Positions 37,488 to 50,922 of a stretch of DNA of 64,000 bases are shown one piece after another (the stretch's first letter is position 1; every line of letters starts with the position of its first letter). The notes beneath the pieces were generated by a model. The model saw only the letters and a program-made list of their open reading frames with translations. It was not told the DNA's origin and ran no database searches. Origin of the DNA: Basidiobolus meristosporus CBS 931.73. Its lineage: Eukaryota; Fungi; Basidiobolomycota. The position numbers were made by a program, and so were the translations under genes. The DNA lies in contig MCFE01000165.1 in NCBI GenBank assembly GCA_002104905.1, forward strand, positions 83,015 through 147,014, in the 5' to 3' direction.

Positions 37488-40400
37488 CTAGTTCCCTGTT
37501 GGTTGGTCTGGTCTCTCTCTCATCACCAAACGCCAAATAAGCTTTTGTTCTCGAGATTGCAACCACTTGGAAGCATCCAATGCTGTGGGAGAGAATGGAA
37601 ATTAGCATGCTAACCACACAAGACCTATTTCCGCAAGATTCTACCTTCTGGATGGTGACCACGCAACCGAATCATACGCTTATAAAGATTGATCAACGGC
37701 TCAAGAATGCCGACCGTCGTGAAGGACCTAAGCTCTTCTGTAGATAAACAACGAGTAAGCTTAAAACTGCTAGTAGTCAATGGATGGTCAAGCCGGAATA
37801 TACCATCACTGCGTGTTTCCAGGGATTGGACCATGCTTTCTACGTGGTGGATCAGGAATCGGGTGCTGGCTTCGTAGATCGCACGGTGGACTTGGGTTTC
37901 CTTATCTGCGGGGAGGTAGTCTTGAGGCTCGTCAGGATCGTCACTGAGCTCATCCAACTTAAACTCCTCCAACTCGACTGTGACCTCGGAGTCGGTCTAA
38001 GGCCTTAGGTTAGTTATGATCTCAGTAGGTCAGTTGAAATAGCACGCTTACATCAGGTAGAACCCCGTTTACGAAGTCTTTGATCACCAGCTGAAGCTCG
38101 AAAGTATCATCGGTTAAATGGCGGATGAATCTTCCGGCTCGGACGATGTACAGAAGAGCGCGATCGTACTTGGCGTCCGCGAGGTTGCCTAGGAACAGGG
38201 CGATGAATGCGGACAAGGATAGCTTTTGGATGTACACTTTGGCAACAGAATTGGACATCTTGTCTTGAAGGAAACGAACCACTGGGCAGACGATTTGAAA
38301 ATTTCCCTACATGGACGATTGGTGAGTGGGGAGAAGCTGGACGAGACGGAGGCTTCTGCTTACCGAGCCCACTGGATCTGGTAGGAGTGATCGGTCCGAG
38401 TATAGTTCGAGGTAGAGAAGACATATTGGAGAAGCGAGTTGAAGTTGTCGGTTAGCATATGAATGAACCGGGAGTTTTCCGTGGGGTTAACCAGAATCCC
38501 TTGGAAGAGCAGCTCAAAACAGACCGAAACCGAGTCGGTTTCTAAGCATCTTGAGATCAAGATGTTGTCAAGAACTCCGGGAGAAACCCCGCTCTCCTCA
38601 CAGATAGAGTGAAGCCCGTCTCGGATCTGGTCTAGATAGCCTTGGAAGAACTGGCATTTCTGCATGCACGAGCCTTTGACCGTGGCAGCGGATAATGCAT
38701 CCAGTAGATACTAAATCGCAAAGGGTTACGGTGTGTTCAGGAACAGCTTCAGCCTCCACGCCAACTTACTGGGATAGATTGCAAGACGATGTTCTTGCGA
38801 CAATACGTGATCCACTCGATCTGGTCGTTGCTTGCAACCGTAGCGGCGGACTCCTGGGGTTTCTCGAGGTCCGGTTGGTGATCAGGATCGTCCACGCCAA
38901 TAGACGTTTCGTAGTCATCGAACAGGTTGTCGGCAGTGATTGCGGGTGTGTAATCATCAAACAGATTATCAGATGTGATTGCGGGTGTGTAATCGTCAAA
39001 CAAATTGTCGGCGGTGACCTTGGGGGCCTCATAGTCATCAAAGAGATTCTCGGCCGTGGCAGGCTTTGATTTTGTTACAGGCTGATCCCATCCCCAGTCA
39101 TCAAAACTAACCACTCCGGTGTTGATCAAGTCGGTGGGCGCATGGTTGCGATCCTGGGCGCCATTCTTGCCAAGCCCGGAGGCGGGGGATTTGGATAGGA
39201 CGCCGAATTCCCAGGTCTGGGTGATCTCAAGGGCAAGAAGCGGACACCCTAGGTCTTGATAAGCAGCTATCACCTCCCAGATGTAATTCGTTTCTTGCTC
39301 TGGCGTAAGAGAAAGCTGGTCCCACCGGAATTTATATGGCTTGTCTTTGAATGACTGAAGCAGAACAAGCGACGCTGGATCAATACGAGACTCTGCAGGC
39401 TCTTCGTCCAGGCCTATGCCTTGTGTGAGATTGGCTAGTGGCATCTACACGAAGCTCTATGAGTCTTTCGAGGTGAGCTACGCAATTGCGGATCTGCCCC
39501 TTACCATAAGTGCTTTGAATGATTTCTCGCGCTCTCCTAACAGCCAGAAGCCCAATGCTACCAGCCATCTATCACCAGACGTGAATCCCTGCACCAGGAC
39601 ATGCTCACGCACCAGGTCCTTTAATGTTGGGCTGTTGTCGCCTGCCAGTTGGATTGTGGTTAGTGAAGGCGAGGCTTGCTAGACAGATGAAATGAAGCAA
39701 CCTTCATAGCAACGACAGATCGCAATGGCCAATTGGAAGTCGTTTAGATAATTAAGACACACTCGAACAGCGTCGTTTAGACGGCCACCCAATAGGAAAA
39801 AAGCAGCAGCGTATTCTAGCCAGAGGCACTTGTATCAGACAATTGGAGAATCACAACTGGACATCCGTGCGAAAGCTTACCGTATCGTTGCTTGCCCAAC
39901 AGCACGAAAGCATTCTTTAGGGCTGCCTGCTGCCATCTCGGCTCGGTGAAATCGTTGGCCAAAAACTTCACCATTGCTGGCTTTTCCTTGTGGTACGATA
40001 CATTTTTCCACAGGCTGTGCAGCAATTTAACTTTTTTCAGTGCCAGGTAGTAGATGGTGCTCTCCACGGGATCCTTGTCCTCTTTGGCCATATAGTGGGA
40101 CTTTCCGATCAGCTCCATCTGTCGTTTCTGTTACACAAATGCCAGGTTAGCGCATACAACGACATGTTGTTACGATAATGGAAACTAACGAAGGTATCTT
40201 CATTGTTGATCCATAGTGCGAATCCGTAGGATTTGGCGTCATTCCATAGCAACTTTCCGTCACAGCTTTCTGCACAGAATTCAACCAGAAGATCCTAAGA
40301 GGCGAGAACTAAGCAGAGATTCGATGAGGATCATTCTAGGCTACATCTGGTACCTGTGATTCACTGTGCAATGCCCATATCATGTCTCTATAAGAGAACT

Positions 40401-43400
40401 TGCCAGAGTTGGACTTGTTTGGGGAAGGGGAGTACTTCATGAACGTATTTAGCTTGAGAGAGAGTAAGAAGCGGCCACCATTTTCATCCAGAGCACGTGC
40501 TTGCTCCTCCATCTAAGTAGTTGATTCGAGGGTTACTATGGTGCAGGTGGCTGAATCGTAACGACGCCCGAATACCTTGCTTATCCCGTCAACTATACCC
40601 ATCAAGTGCATTTGCTCCAAGTTGGAGATTCCGTTTAGAGACTTTTTTGTCAGATGATCGACGAGGGCTTCGGCCTGGACTGTGTTGAATTCTTTGGATT
40701 CTGCTTGCTTCTGTCTGAGACCCACAGGTTGAGGATGTTGGTCGTGCTGGAGTGATGTGCTGTATACTTACTTCCAAGCATCCCTATCCACGTATTCATC
40801 GAAAAGCTGGTTGTATTTTTCCTGCGTAAACACCGGCATCTGTTACAGCGTGAGTATGCTATCTCTATTCCAAGTGAGTGATTGGTGTAACCTTGTTGTG
40901 GATGAAGTACTTCATAGGAACTGGAGGCACTTCGGAGCTTGCATTGGTGGTTTTTGCAAACGCCTCCATGTAGTTGTACAGCTGGGTCAAGATATACTTG
41001 ACAACATTTACTTTGCCTAGATCGGCCAAATGGGACAGAGGTTAGCAAAGCGCGTTCTCCGCTATCAAGCAGGCCTACGGTACCCCAGAGCATGTACTGC
41101 GTAAGATTGTTGGGATGGTGGTGCGGTAGAGGAGCTCTTTCGGTGATAAGCGAGTGGATCAATGATGGGCTGGAGTTGTTTGCTTTTCAAAATAGTCAAG
41201 TCAGTTCCCTGCTTGAAATGGGGCACAAAAAATTCACCAAACCTGCGCGGTCTTTTTGGGTGATGATCCATTTGGAGAAATACCAAAGCTGGTTTCCTGT
41301 GGCGACAATAAGTCCTTCTTTCGACCAGTCTGCACTTGTGATTCCTTGCGACGACAGTCTAACGGAAGAATGCAGGTTATTCTGGAGTCAGCACGTCGCT
41401 AAAACCAACAGGACTTACTCTAGCATGTTGATGGTTCCATATTCACACCAAACCGAGGATTTCGAGAATTCGTCATGCTCTTTGTTGACCAACAAACGTA
41501 ATCCGATTTTTAAACACAAGTGCCAATATATGCTCTCCAAGTGAGGTGGCATAGAGCTCAATCGCAACTAGCTGATTGTTTTCCCTTGGATGTTTGTGAG
41601 TAAGAAAAGTTTTGAATTGGATGTGGACGGGTATTCACCTGATGGACATCTCAAATTCTCTGAGCACTTTCGTTGCGTGCATCGACACTCCGTAGAATCG
41701 AACGTAGAGTTCAGTTTCCTGGTACGTTGCTACAAAGAACTTGAGTGGATGACTCTCTCAAGAAGATCACATCCCCTGTACCTGTCACGATTTTTCCGAA
41801 TGGACTCCATCGGATGTGTTCCACACGTTCGTCGAAACCATAGTTAACTAGCTCACTCCAGGACCCATCAGAGGTGGTAACGGCCCAGCAACGAAGTACT
41901 CGGTTGTCCTCAGAAAAAGTAACCAAGTCAACCTGATCATTGTTGCTGCTGACAAAGGCAAAGGAATGGACATCTGTCTGGCATTTTTTCCCGATGACTG
42001 AGATTTTTTCTTGGACTGGCAATGAATGGCGTGAGCAGAAAGTTCCAAAAATCTGCGAACCTAGAAAGAGAATGTGAGCAAAGGGAACGGAGCAACACTC
42101 TTGGCAAAGGGCTTACCTGTTAAAGTGATGGACCAAACGAAGACGGTGTTCTGATTTGGACTAAATCCGTACACGTAATACCGATCAGCATTCTGCTCGA
42201 GCTGAAAGACGACATCAATGGTGGACAAAGGATACTCCGTGTCATAGTCATCCAAAGGAAACCGATATCTCCACGCCTCATTGGTTTCATACGTATAAAC
42301 ACCAATGCTTTTCCCATCGTACAGCAGGATTACGTTTCCTATAGAAACGTGAGTAGAGCCATCCTCACGTATAGACATGGTCTCAATAAACGACAAACCT
42401 TTGGGTAAACGCTGCGCAAATCTCATAGTGCTACCCACAAACTGTGAGATGACCTCGGTCATTGGATCCTTGTGGCTTTTTCCAAACTACCATGAAAAGA
42501 CAATTACTACGCATTCAAGAGCCATGGACCACACTGAACGTATCGAACCCTGGGGGCGCTAGCTTCCCAAATGCCGATCTCCCCGTCGTCTGAGCAAGTG
42601 ATGACGTTGTTATCGTAGAGGGAGCCCAATATGGACGAGACAGCTCCACGAGGACCGCTCAATGATCGCTTCAAAAACAGCGCAGAGTTGCTGGCTTCGG
42701 TGGTTATAGAAGTATAATCCAAAGTGTAGAAATCAATGGAGCCCTGAGGATGCTGAACTAGGAATGTGATTTCGGTATTTTGTGTTACACCTACAGTAAC
42801 GCATTGGTTAGATGTCTAACGAGCGGTGGTGAGCGCAAGTATTGTACCGCACCATAATCCTCTTCGGGATACTTGATGGACGCCAGCACTTTCTCATTGA
42901 ACGAAGCAAACGCTGTAGATGAGAGGAAACAGGGCATTTTGAGCAGTAAGGAAAGCGTAGGTTTCTCTTGGGGATAATCGTCCAGACCCTTGGAAGAAAA
43001 GAAGCATTAGCTACGTTGGGATTCCTTTTAGACCGTTCACCTACGTTGACTCGCCAAAAAACAATCGAACCGTCCAGCTGGATTTGAAAAAAGAGGTCGA
43101 TTCTGCGCTGGCCATTCTCAACGTCGTCATAGACCCAATGGATTGGGACATGGTAGGATCTAAGCAAATCTCTACTTGGCCTACTGCCTGTCTCGAGCTT
43201 GCGTTGCCCAGGGTCAATGGTCGCCACGATATTGAAGGATTTGACTTCCGCTCTGACCGACTCCGCCCAGACTCGACATACACCATCAGCACAGCTAGTA
43301 ATGATCATCAGAGGATTGCTGGATCAAACACAACCGGTGTTAGACTCATCAATTCGGTCCATCCACTACACCAACATACTGACTTCGTTGACTGGCGCCA

Positions 43401-44471
43401 GTCCATATTCAGAACACCACGTGGATGTGGAAGATAAGTGAAGGCTGTTTGCCCTGTATATACTAGTTAGCAAAGGGCCGAAACAAACATGAATTCCAAC
43501 ACAACCTTGGTCCAAGTCCCAAATCTTAACCAAACGGTCGTTCTAAGTGGGGAATTGGTAACGTAAATGAGCGCTCTATGCAAAATATCGTCAAAGTATA
43601 GGAAAACCTACAAGGCCGATGGATGCTATATGCTTATTATCGTAGGACAATTTGAGCATATAAATCTGTGCAGAAATGCTGGGGACATGATGGTTAGTGC
43701 TGCAGCCCAACCGTTTCTCCGACGATATTGTACCTTTGCTTCCAGACGGGACACCATTCCTCCGTGTTGATTTGCCACTGAACAATGGAGTCTGTGCAGG
43801 TAAACAAGGTTCCTTGATTTCCAAAAAAAAGAATCTTAGCGCAACTGAGGTGACTTGACTTCTTCATAAAGGGCCCCTTACCTTCTGCACCCCAACAAAG
43901 GCACGTAACCTCAGTTTCAAATTCTTTCTTGCACAAAAGTTCCCACCGGAGATTCTAATATGTGTCTACTACTTAGTTCGGGGTCAGCAGGTTAGGTAAT
44001 GAAAGGCATGTACCAAGGTGTTGGGCATAACTGTATAGGAGTAGATGGCAACATGTCTACCATAGCAAACGCTGATCTGGATCGGATTTGGAATTTTGGT
44101 CACTGCGCGGATGATAACAAGGGCCTTGAACATAGATACCTGTCCATTTGCAGGGTTGACTACTATTGCCGAGATGTCTTCCTTCTCTATGTTGGTATGA
44201 ATAGTTTGGATGTGCTTAAATTGATCTGTGTATACAACAATACATTCCCCAGAGGCGTAAATCTACGAAGTCGAGAAACAAAACTCAATTAACAGGGAAC
44301 CACATTTGGCGCAGGCGCCAACAGAAAGAACCACTAAATGCTGCAGAAAACGCACACAGACAGGTCTAGTCAGATACATACGATGTAGGAAAACCCCTCC
44401 AAGTTAGCTTGGCATAGCACTTGGCTGAAGCTATTTGCCTTCCCCGAATAGCTCGAGGAGAGTAATTGCAT
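37488..44471 (-). CDS. RAV1: RAVE subunit Rav1 / DMXL (rabconnectin-3 alpha)-like WD40 protein, many exons
   Basis: N-terminal IYASG, WD-like exons and Rav1p_C signature FLANDFTEPRWQQAALKNAFVLLGKQRY. Internal exon boundaries were not all resolved. Confidence 0.85.
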
Positions 44472-45092
44472 TTCTTGTGGTTTGGAAATGAGGGAAATAA
44501 CGAATGGCTTTGGAGAGGGAAGTCTAATTAGAATAATCTAAAATACTGGTTTCGAATTTTTGGGAATTTGACTACGTATTAAATGTTGAGGTACATCAGG
44601 TATATATGCCGTAAACAGTCTCGAGGAATCAATCTCGCGATGTGAGCGGCCGCTGAATTGATTCGATTTTTGGCGTGTATGCAGACGGTGGGGAAGCTAA
44701 GACGTTTTGGTAATATTATGGGATTCTGATCGCACATCGTACACCATTGATAATTGAAGGTATTAAAGTTTGAGGCTTTGAGGCGTGGAAAGCTTAAAGA
44801 TCCTGTGGCTAGATGAATGAGTTTCCAGCTCCTCATGCTATTGTGTTTCCAGCTCCTCATTCTACCAAATACACTGGAGTGAATCAATATCTATCCTCAT
44901 TAGATAAACAACCATTTAATTATATATGGATCAACCACGGATATGGCAGTCAAGTTCTACATAGAAGAATCCACTGAAAACGGAATATATCAGAATCCAA
45001 TCCAGTCACCAATTCAGTCACCTTATTTTCTTTCGCGGCAAGTATATATTCCCTGCATGGTAGCTCCGATACTACTTTAATACCACTTTGAA

Positions 45093-46361
45093 ATGTCCTG
45101 CCTTGACCAAGAAGATTCCTTCCAGTTTTTCGATGGTAGGTTCTTGTGAGTTTCGATCTACACGACGCACCACAACTAAACCTTATTGCAGAGCTGGACT
45201 CAATCTTGAACCAAGACCCGCCTTGCTCCGACCTCACTGCCGCGCTGAATGAATATTTATATGTGGTGGAGCAAAATATCGGTATAAAACGAAGCGCTGT
45301 CTATAGAAATCATGAATGCGCATGTGTTGACAGGTGTTCCTAGGGATTATCGTGCCTGTGGATGCTCTAATGACTGTTTGTCTTGCCCTGGTCGAGTCTA
45401 CCCTGTTTGAAAGGAGTAAAGAAGACGCGGTCGAATATCTCGTGAAAGAGTCCCTAACGGTATGTCTACCCTCATGCCTACTGCCGTACTTGATATTGAC
45501 AATGCTCTTAGTCTACACACGACCTCAACGTATTGTACACCATGCTATATTGCTCGGGAACGATCTATCCTTTTGCACTGGATACCATGTTAGAGCATCA
45601 TATGATCTCAAAGCTCGTACAGAACATACTAACTAAAGGTGCATTTGGACTTGATGAGATATCTTGCATTCATGGTACTCACCTTTATCTCACGTGTAGC
45701 ACCTGAAATGGGTACACTTTCTTCCGCCATGACATTGCTCTGCGAGCTGTGCCAGACTCGAATAACCTCAGCTTCGGATCTGGAATTGTTGGACGAGGTT
45801 CTTATCAATAGACTGCTTGATCTTGTGGAAGAAACCCACTGCGGAGACGAGGCTTTGAACTACACGGCGATCCAGTTGATCTTGGCCATTAATGACCAGT
45901 TCATGAAGCAATCTCCCGAGCTAGAAAACACCGTAGTCAAAGTGCTGAGCAATCGGTTCGAAACAAGCAAATCTTTCGGAGAAAATCTGCTGTTCATGAT
46001 GAACCGCGGGACCAAACTGACAACACAGCTATTGATCCTCCGACTTCTTTACACCCTATTTACCAATACATCCACCAGCGATTACTTCTACACAAACGAC
46101 CTTCGAGTCTTGGTGGATGTGATAATCCGAGAGCTATACAATTTGCCCGAGGAGGATGGGGAGCTGCGAAGAGCGTATCTGGAGGTCTTGCCACCTTTGA
46201 TTTGCAATACCCAATACCCGGAAATCCTACACAAATCCCAACAAATCGCTTGCCTACTGGAGGAACTGACAGCTGAACAGGCCCACAAGAATGTTACAGA
46301 GGAAGTTCAGCTGATCGTTGAGAAAGTTCGCTCCGAATGTGCATCAGTACTGGCAGCCTAG
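45093..46361 (+). CDS. LDB17: Ldb17/SPIN90 (NCKIPSD)-like endocytosis/Arp2/3 regulator
   Basis: Spliced N-terminus QFFDELDSIL. DUF2013-like core FGENLLFMMNR, YFYTNDLRVLVDVIIRELYNLP and YLEVLPPLICNTQY. Confidence 0.82.
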
Positions 46362-46490
46362 ACTAGAATTCATATTACATCATCATAATCGCCTCAATCG
46401 CCCCCGATCGTGGCTCTAATGGCTCTAATAAACGATCGTTTAGTTTTGTATTTTAACCAAGATATTCGATTGATTCCGGAATCCATTGAT

Positions 46491-48373
46491 CTAGAACCGC
46501 TGCGAGTAGTTTTCAGAAGCAGTCAGATGTCTCACCCATTTCTTGGGTGCGTTGTGTGTGCATGTCCGATCGAAGACCTTCAGCTTGGCGATGCCGATGC
46601 CCGAGCTTGTCCAGTTCGCAATCTGAAATCGGACACTAAATGTGTGCAAAGATTAATCACCTTGGGTCATTGGACTTCCCTAGCGATGAACCTACTCGAC
46701 TTGTCCCATCTCCTCAAACTCATTACTGCGGTCGATGGCGTGCTCCAGCAGTACCTACCGTTTTGTTCTACCAGGTTATTGCTGACCTATTGATCAAACG
46801 CCAGGCATGATCTTTACCTTGGTATGTAATGTCTTCTCTGTGCAGCCGACGAACTTCGGGATGGTCCAATTGATTGTCTTGCTATCGAAATCAAAGCTTG
46901 CCTTCTCATCCGCTGCCGTATCCGGCGTGATTGTATTCGAGGCACTTGGTGGACAAGACAACCTTCAGTGCCACATCTTGGAATGAGACAGGTCGTACCT
47001 ACCTCAGGGTATACTTCGGAAGAGAAAAGCTCAAGCTACAGGCTTGTGCAGTGACGTGTCCCGGGAAGTCAGCACGGATGCGTACCACCACTTCGGTGGC
47101 CCTGTCGTCCTCGGGGAAGTCGTCAAAGCACGTGAATATCCTGAACGGGAGCCGAGTGTTGTCCTCTATGCGGTATTTCATCAAGGTGATTTCTCCATCT
47201 TTGGGCTCGATTTTAAGCGTTCTGTGGTTTGAGAAATCTTGGCACCGCTTAGTCCAAGCGCATCGCCTCTGCTTGAGCCATCGTACATACCTGTTGTGTC
47301 CACTCTTTCGTGGAAGTTCAGCTGATCTAATATCACCGTCTCATAACCTAATCAAGGGGAACTTCAGCGCACGGGCCATTGGTTCATGCGTTAATAAAGA
47401 AATTACTTGTTTTGTGGCCCTCCTCGTTCAAGATAGAAAAGTTGCCGCTCAACTGTACTTGAAGCTCTGGGTCTCCTTTCAAAAAGCTCTTCATGATCAG
47501 TGATCCCTCGATCTCTGAGCGTAGAGCCTCTCCCTGTTGGTAGCAAGTCAGCTAGTGTCGGCTGAAGATACACCGCTAGTATTTTTACCGATGGATTGAA
47601 CGTCCCGGTAACTGTTTCAAGTAGATCCACAAACACTTCGCTTCTGGAGATAAGCTTTTGTTCATGCGTAATAATGGACTCTGTTCTTTGTTTCTGACAA
47701 TACCAAAGCAATACGTTAGTAACTGGAAGGTTGCCGTATTCACCATAGGGTGCTTATTGTAGATACTCACCAGTGGTTTTCTCTCAATGCTGCTCTTCCA
47801 TTCAGCGTCTGGCTCATTGTAGATCACCTCTCTCAAAAATTCCACGTCTGTGCTGACTGGTACGCCAGCAACCTAACAATAGTTACACATCAATATTCGA
47901 AAGGACACTTGCAGAGCAGCTTGGGCTTTATCACTCACGACGACTTCGTCCAAAATCTCGTATACTAGACCTAGGTTTCGACGAATTAAAGTCTCACCAA
48001 AACCGCCACCAAGCTCGTTCACCCCGCTAATAATTCCATTCAGCATCTCTAGCAGCACTAATGGCTTGACATTGACTTTATCCTCTTCACTGACCACCCC
48101 AACTACGAAGACCTGGTTGACTACCTTGTACACAAAAGTTACCCCTTCGCCTTGGAAAATGGGTGCAGGGCTTCCTATTTCTTGGTACACTTTGAAGAAA
48201 GTGGACGGGGTATCCAAAGCATGCTCAAAGCAGTCTTTGGCGGGAAGTTAAGGAAAGTGCACTCAAGATAAACAGAACTCGATTACTTTCAACGTACTAC
48301 CACGTAAATGGATACAGTCTTTCAGTAACAAGGTGTCCCCAAGATTTGTCAATAGAAATATCTGAGAGAACAT
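46491..48373 (-). CDS. AP4M1: Adaptor complex medium subunit, AP-4 mu type
   Basis: MFSQIFLLTNLGDTLLLKD, RRNLGLVYEILDEV, YNEP, EVFVDLLE, LPFRIF, WTIPKFVG and C-terminal KWVRHL..SENY. From recall these resemble AP-4 mu more than mu1, mu2 or mu3. Confidence 0.75.
48235..48315 (-). other. Probable U12-type GT-AG intron (intron 1 of AP-4 mu)
   Basis: 5'SS GTATCCAT. Perfect branch TTCCTTAAC (plus 48247-48255) about 10 nt before AAG. Splicing gives KDY in frame. Confidence 0.7.
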
Positions 48374-48958
48374 CTGCAAACTCTACGCAAGCTCAGCCTC
48401 CTTTCTTCTTGAATGCTGGGATCACGTGAAAGCCAAGAAATCCGTAGCTAAAATGCATCGGTTGGAGATTTCCGATAGTTTCCAAGTTGGGGCACCTGGG
48501 CTACCGGAATCTAGTTTTGGCTATAATTTGAGCCATGTGATGACGGTTCTGATCGGCAAGAAAGGAGCATAAGCTATGGACGGCACGGGATGGCCAAAAC
48601 CAGCGGTGGACCAAACCCGACGGGAGGTGAACCCGGGGAGGGGCTGGGTCAATAAAGGAAAGCCTTATAGCCATGCGTCACTCCTAGATTTGCCTGGTAC
48701 GTGTGGAACTCACCTGTCCCTGCTAGTCACATTAGGAATTTCACTGAGGTATGTATCAGGTTTCATCCTCATATTCAAGAACTCTTACTAATCCAGACCG
48801 ATGCCCATCCGAGGCAGGTATAAATATCTTGCCTTTCCAGTAAATCAGCAATAAATCTTTACACCACTCTCTCCATACTATTGCTGGTTGCTTCGTGGTT
48901 TGTTGTGTTCATAAAAGGTTTAGCTTCGACTGTCTCCTTGAGCAACTTTCCTACAACA

Positions 48959-50779
48959 ATGATCAAACAAATCAAAAATTTTTTAAAGACCGCAACCTCT
49001 GGTAGGGTTTTCGTGTGCTCTTGCTCGCCTCGATGGGCCCTAATCTTGCTTTCTCGACAGTGCCTAGTGCCGAATCAGCACAGAAGAGCGCGATTGGCAG
49101 CGAAAAAAATGCTTTCACCGCTCCCTCAGTCAGCCCTCAGTCAGCCCCAGATCTGGACACCAAACCACTTCCACCACCAAAGCCGGAACTATCGGAGGAC
49201 CTTAACAGCATATTCATGAACCCGAAATACGCTAATGATCCTAATCTTCCGGTTTATCCAAACCTGGATAGATATCAGTTACTGACCAAACTCGGAGAGT
49301 ATGTTGTCTCCTCAAGCTGCCCCCTACCTCTTACTAAAACCGATTTTTTTATAGCGGCGCCTTCAGCAACGTGTACAAGGCCTACGACCAGTATCGCGAA
49401 AAGCTCGTGGCTATCAAGGTCGTACGCAAGTTCGAACTCAATTCGCTTCAGGTAATTCATACTATCGCCGTCTGAGCGCCCGGGCAATAGTAACGCCTCG
49501 TGTATTCTAGCGCGGCAACATTCTCAAGGAGGTTACCATCATGCGTACGTTGAATCATCCCAATATCGCCAAGCTGCTCGATTTCAAAGAGTCCAAGGAT
49601 TTCTACTATCTTGTTTTGGAGTTGGTCACAGGTGGCGAGCTATTTCATCGAATTGTGAAATTGACGTATTTCAGCGAGGATCTGGCTCGCCATGTGATCA
49701 CCCAGGTGGCAAAGGGAATCCGTTATCTACACGAGGAAAAGGGGGTGGTTCACCGGGACATCAAACCCGAGAATTTACTTTTCGAACCCATTCCTATCAG
49801 GCACAACCCGAATAGATCTGCCGATCGATCCGAGGAGCACAAGGTCGATGAAGGGGAATTTATCGACGGAGTGGGCGGCGGTGGCATCGGTGTGGTCAAG
49901 ATCGCGGATTTCGGGCTTTCCAAGGTGATATGGAACAAGGATACCATGACACCCTGTGGGACTGTGGGCTACACCGCACCCGAGATCGTCAAGGATGAAG
50001 GGTACAGCAAGGCGGTGGATATGTGGGCACTTGGCTGCGTATTGTATACCATGCTGTGTGGTTTCCCTCCATTCTACGATGATGACATCAAGTCACTGAC
50101 CGCCAAGGTAGCTAGGGGGTATTACTCCTTCCTCTCCCCGTGGTGGGATGACATTTCCGACTCTTCCAAAGACCTGATATCTCACTTGCTCACTGTCAAC
50201 CCGCAAAGAAGGTACACCATCAACCAATTCTTGGCTCATCCTTGGATTACGGCCAAAAAGACCGTTCAGTTTGAAGTGCCAGCAGAAGATGCTGCACCAC
50301 GCACAGCTGTGGAGCATGTGAAAACTCCGTATCACGAAGTGCCTAAGGCCTATGTACGTAAAGAACGCCACCCTATTCCAGTAACTCCCAATGTTTCAAT
50401 CAAAGAAGCCTTTGACGTGTCTTACGCCATGCATCGTATGGAGGATGAGGAGGCTGGGAAGCGGAGGATGCGCGCAATGCAAGAGCAATTCGAGAAAGCT
50501 CAAGGCATGGGTACCTATCAGCCGTACTATCAGCAAAGAATGTTTATGGACGCCGTAGATAACGACAACTACGAAGAAGACATAGGCATCATAAACACTG
50601 CGCTAACCACACAAATGAGGGACCCATGCCAGCCGCGCACACGACACATCGCCAAACCCAATAAAACCCCAGTCATGGTTACTGGACGCCAAGTAAACCA
50701 CCGAAGGGCTGGCTTTGAGTTGAACATGAACAACGCCACCTTGTTGAGCAGAAGAAAGCAAAAGCAAGAGGTACATTAG
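48959..50779 (+). CDS. RCK2: Srk1/Rck2-like CaMK-family (MAPKAP) protein kinase, 3 exons
   Basis: HRDIKPENLLF, insert with GGGGIGVVKIADFGLSK, TPCGTVGYTAPE and CGFPPFYD. Confidence 0.88.
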
Positions 50780-50922
50780 CCATTACGTTGGTGCCGTTTG
50801 TGTTGTATATTTTGGGTCAGGACTTCAGTTTATTTGTGTATATAAATCTTCATATCTATCAGCAATCTATACTAGAATGGGGAGTGATAATAGTAATAAA
50901 GATAACGCAGATTATTAGTGTG

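Noticed and set aside
42228-42236. GTATCCTTT on the minus strand within RAV1
   Set aside because: It lies in an open coding exon (TEYPLS) with no U12 branch site downstream.
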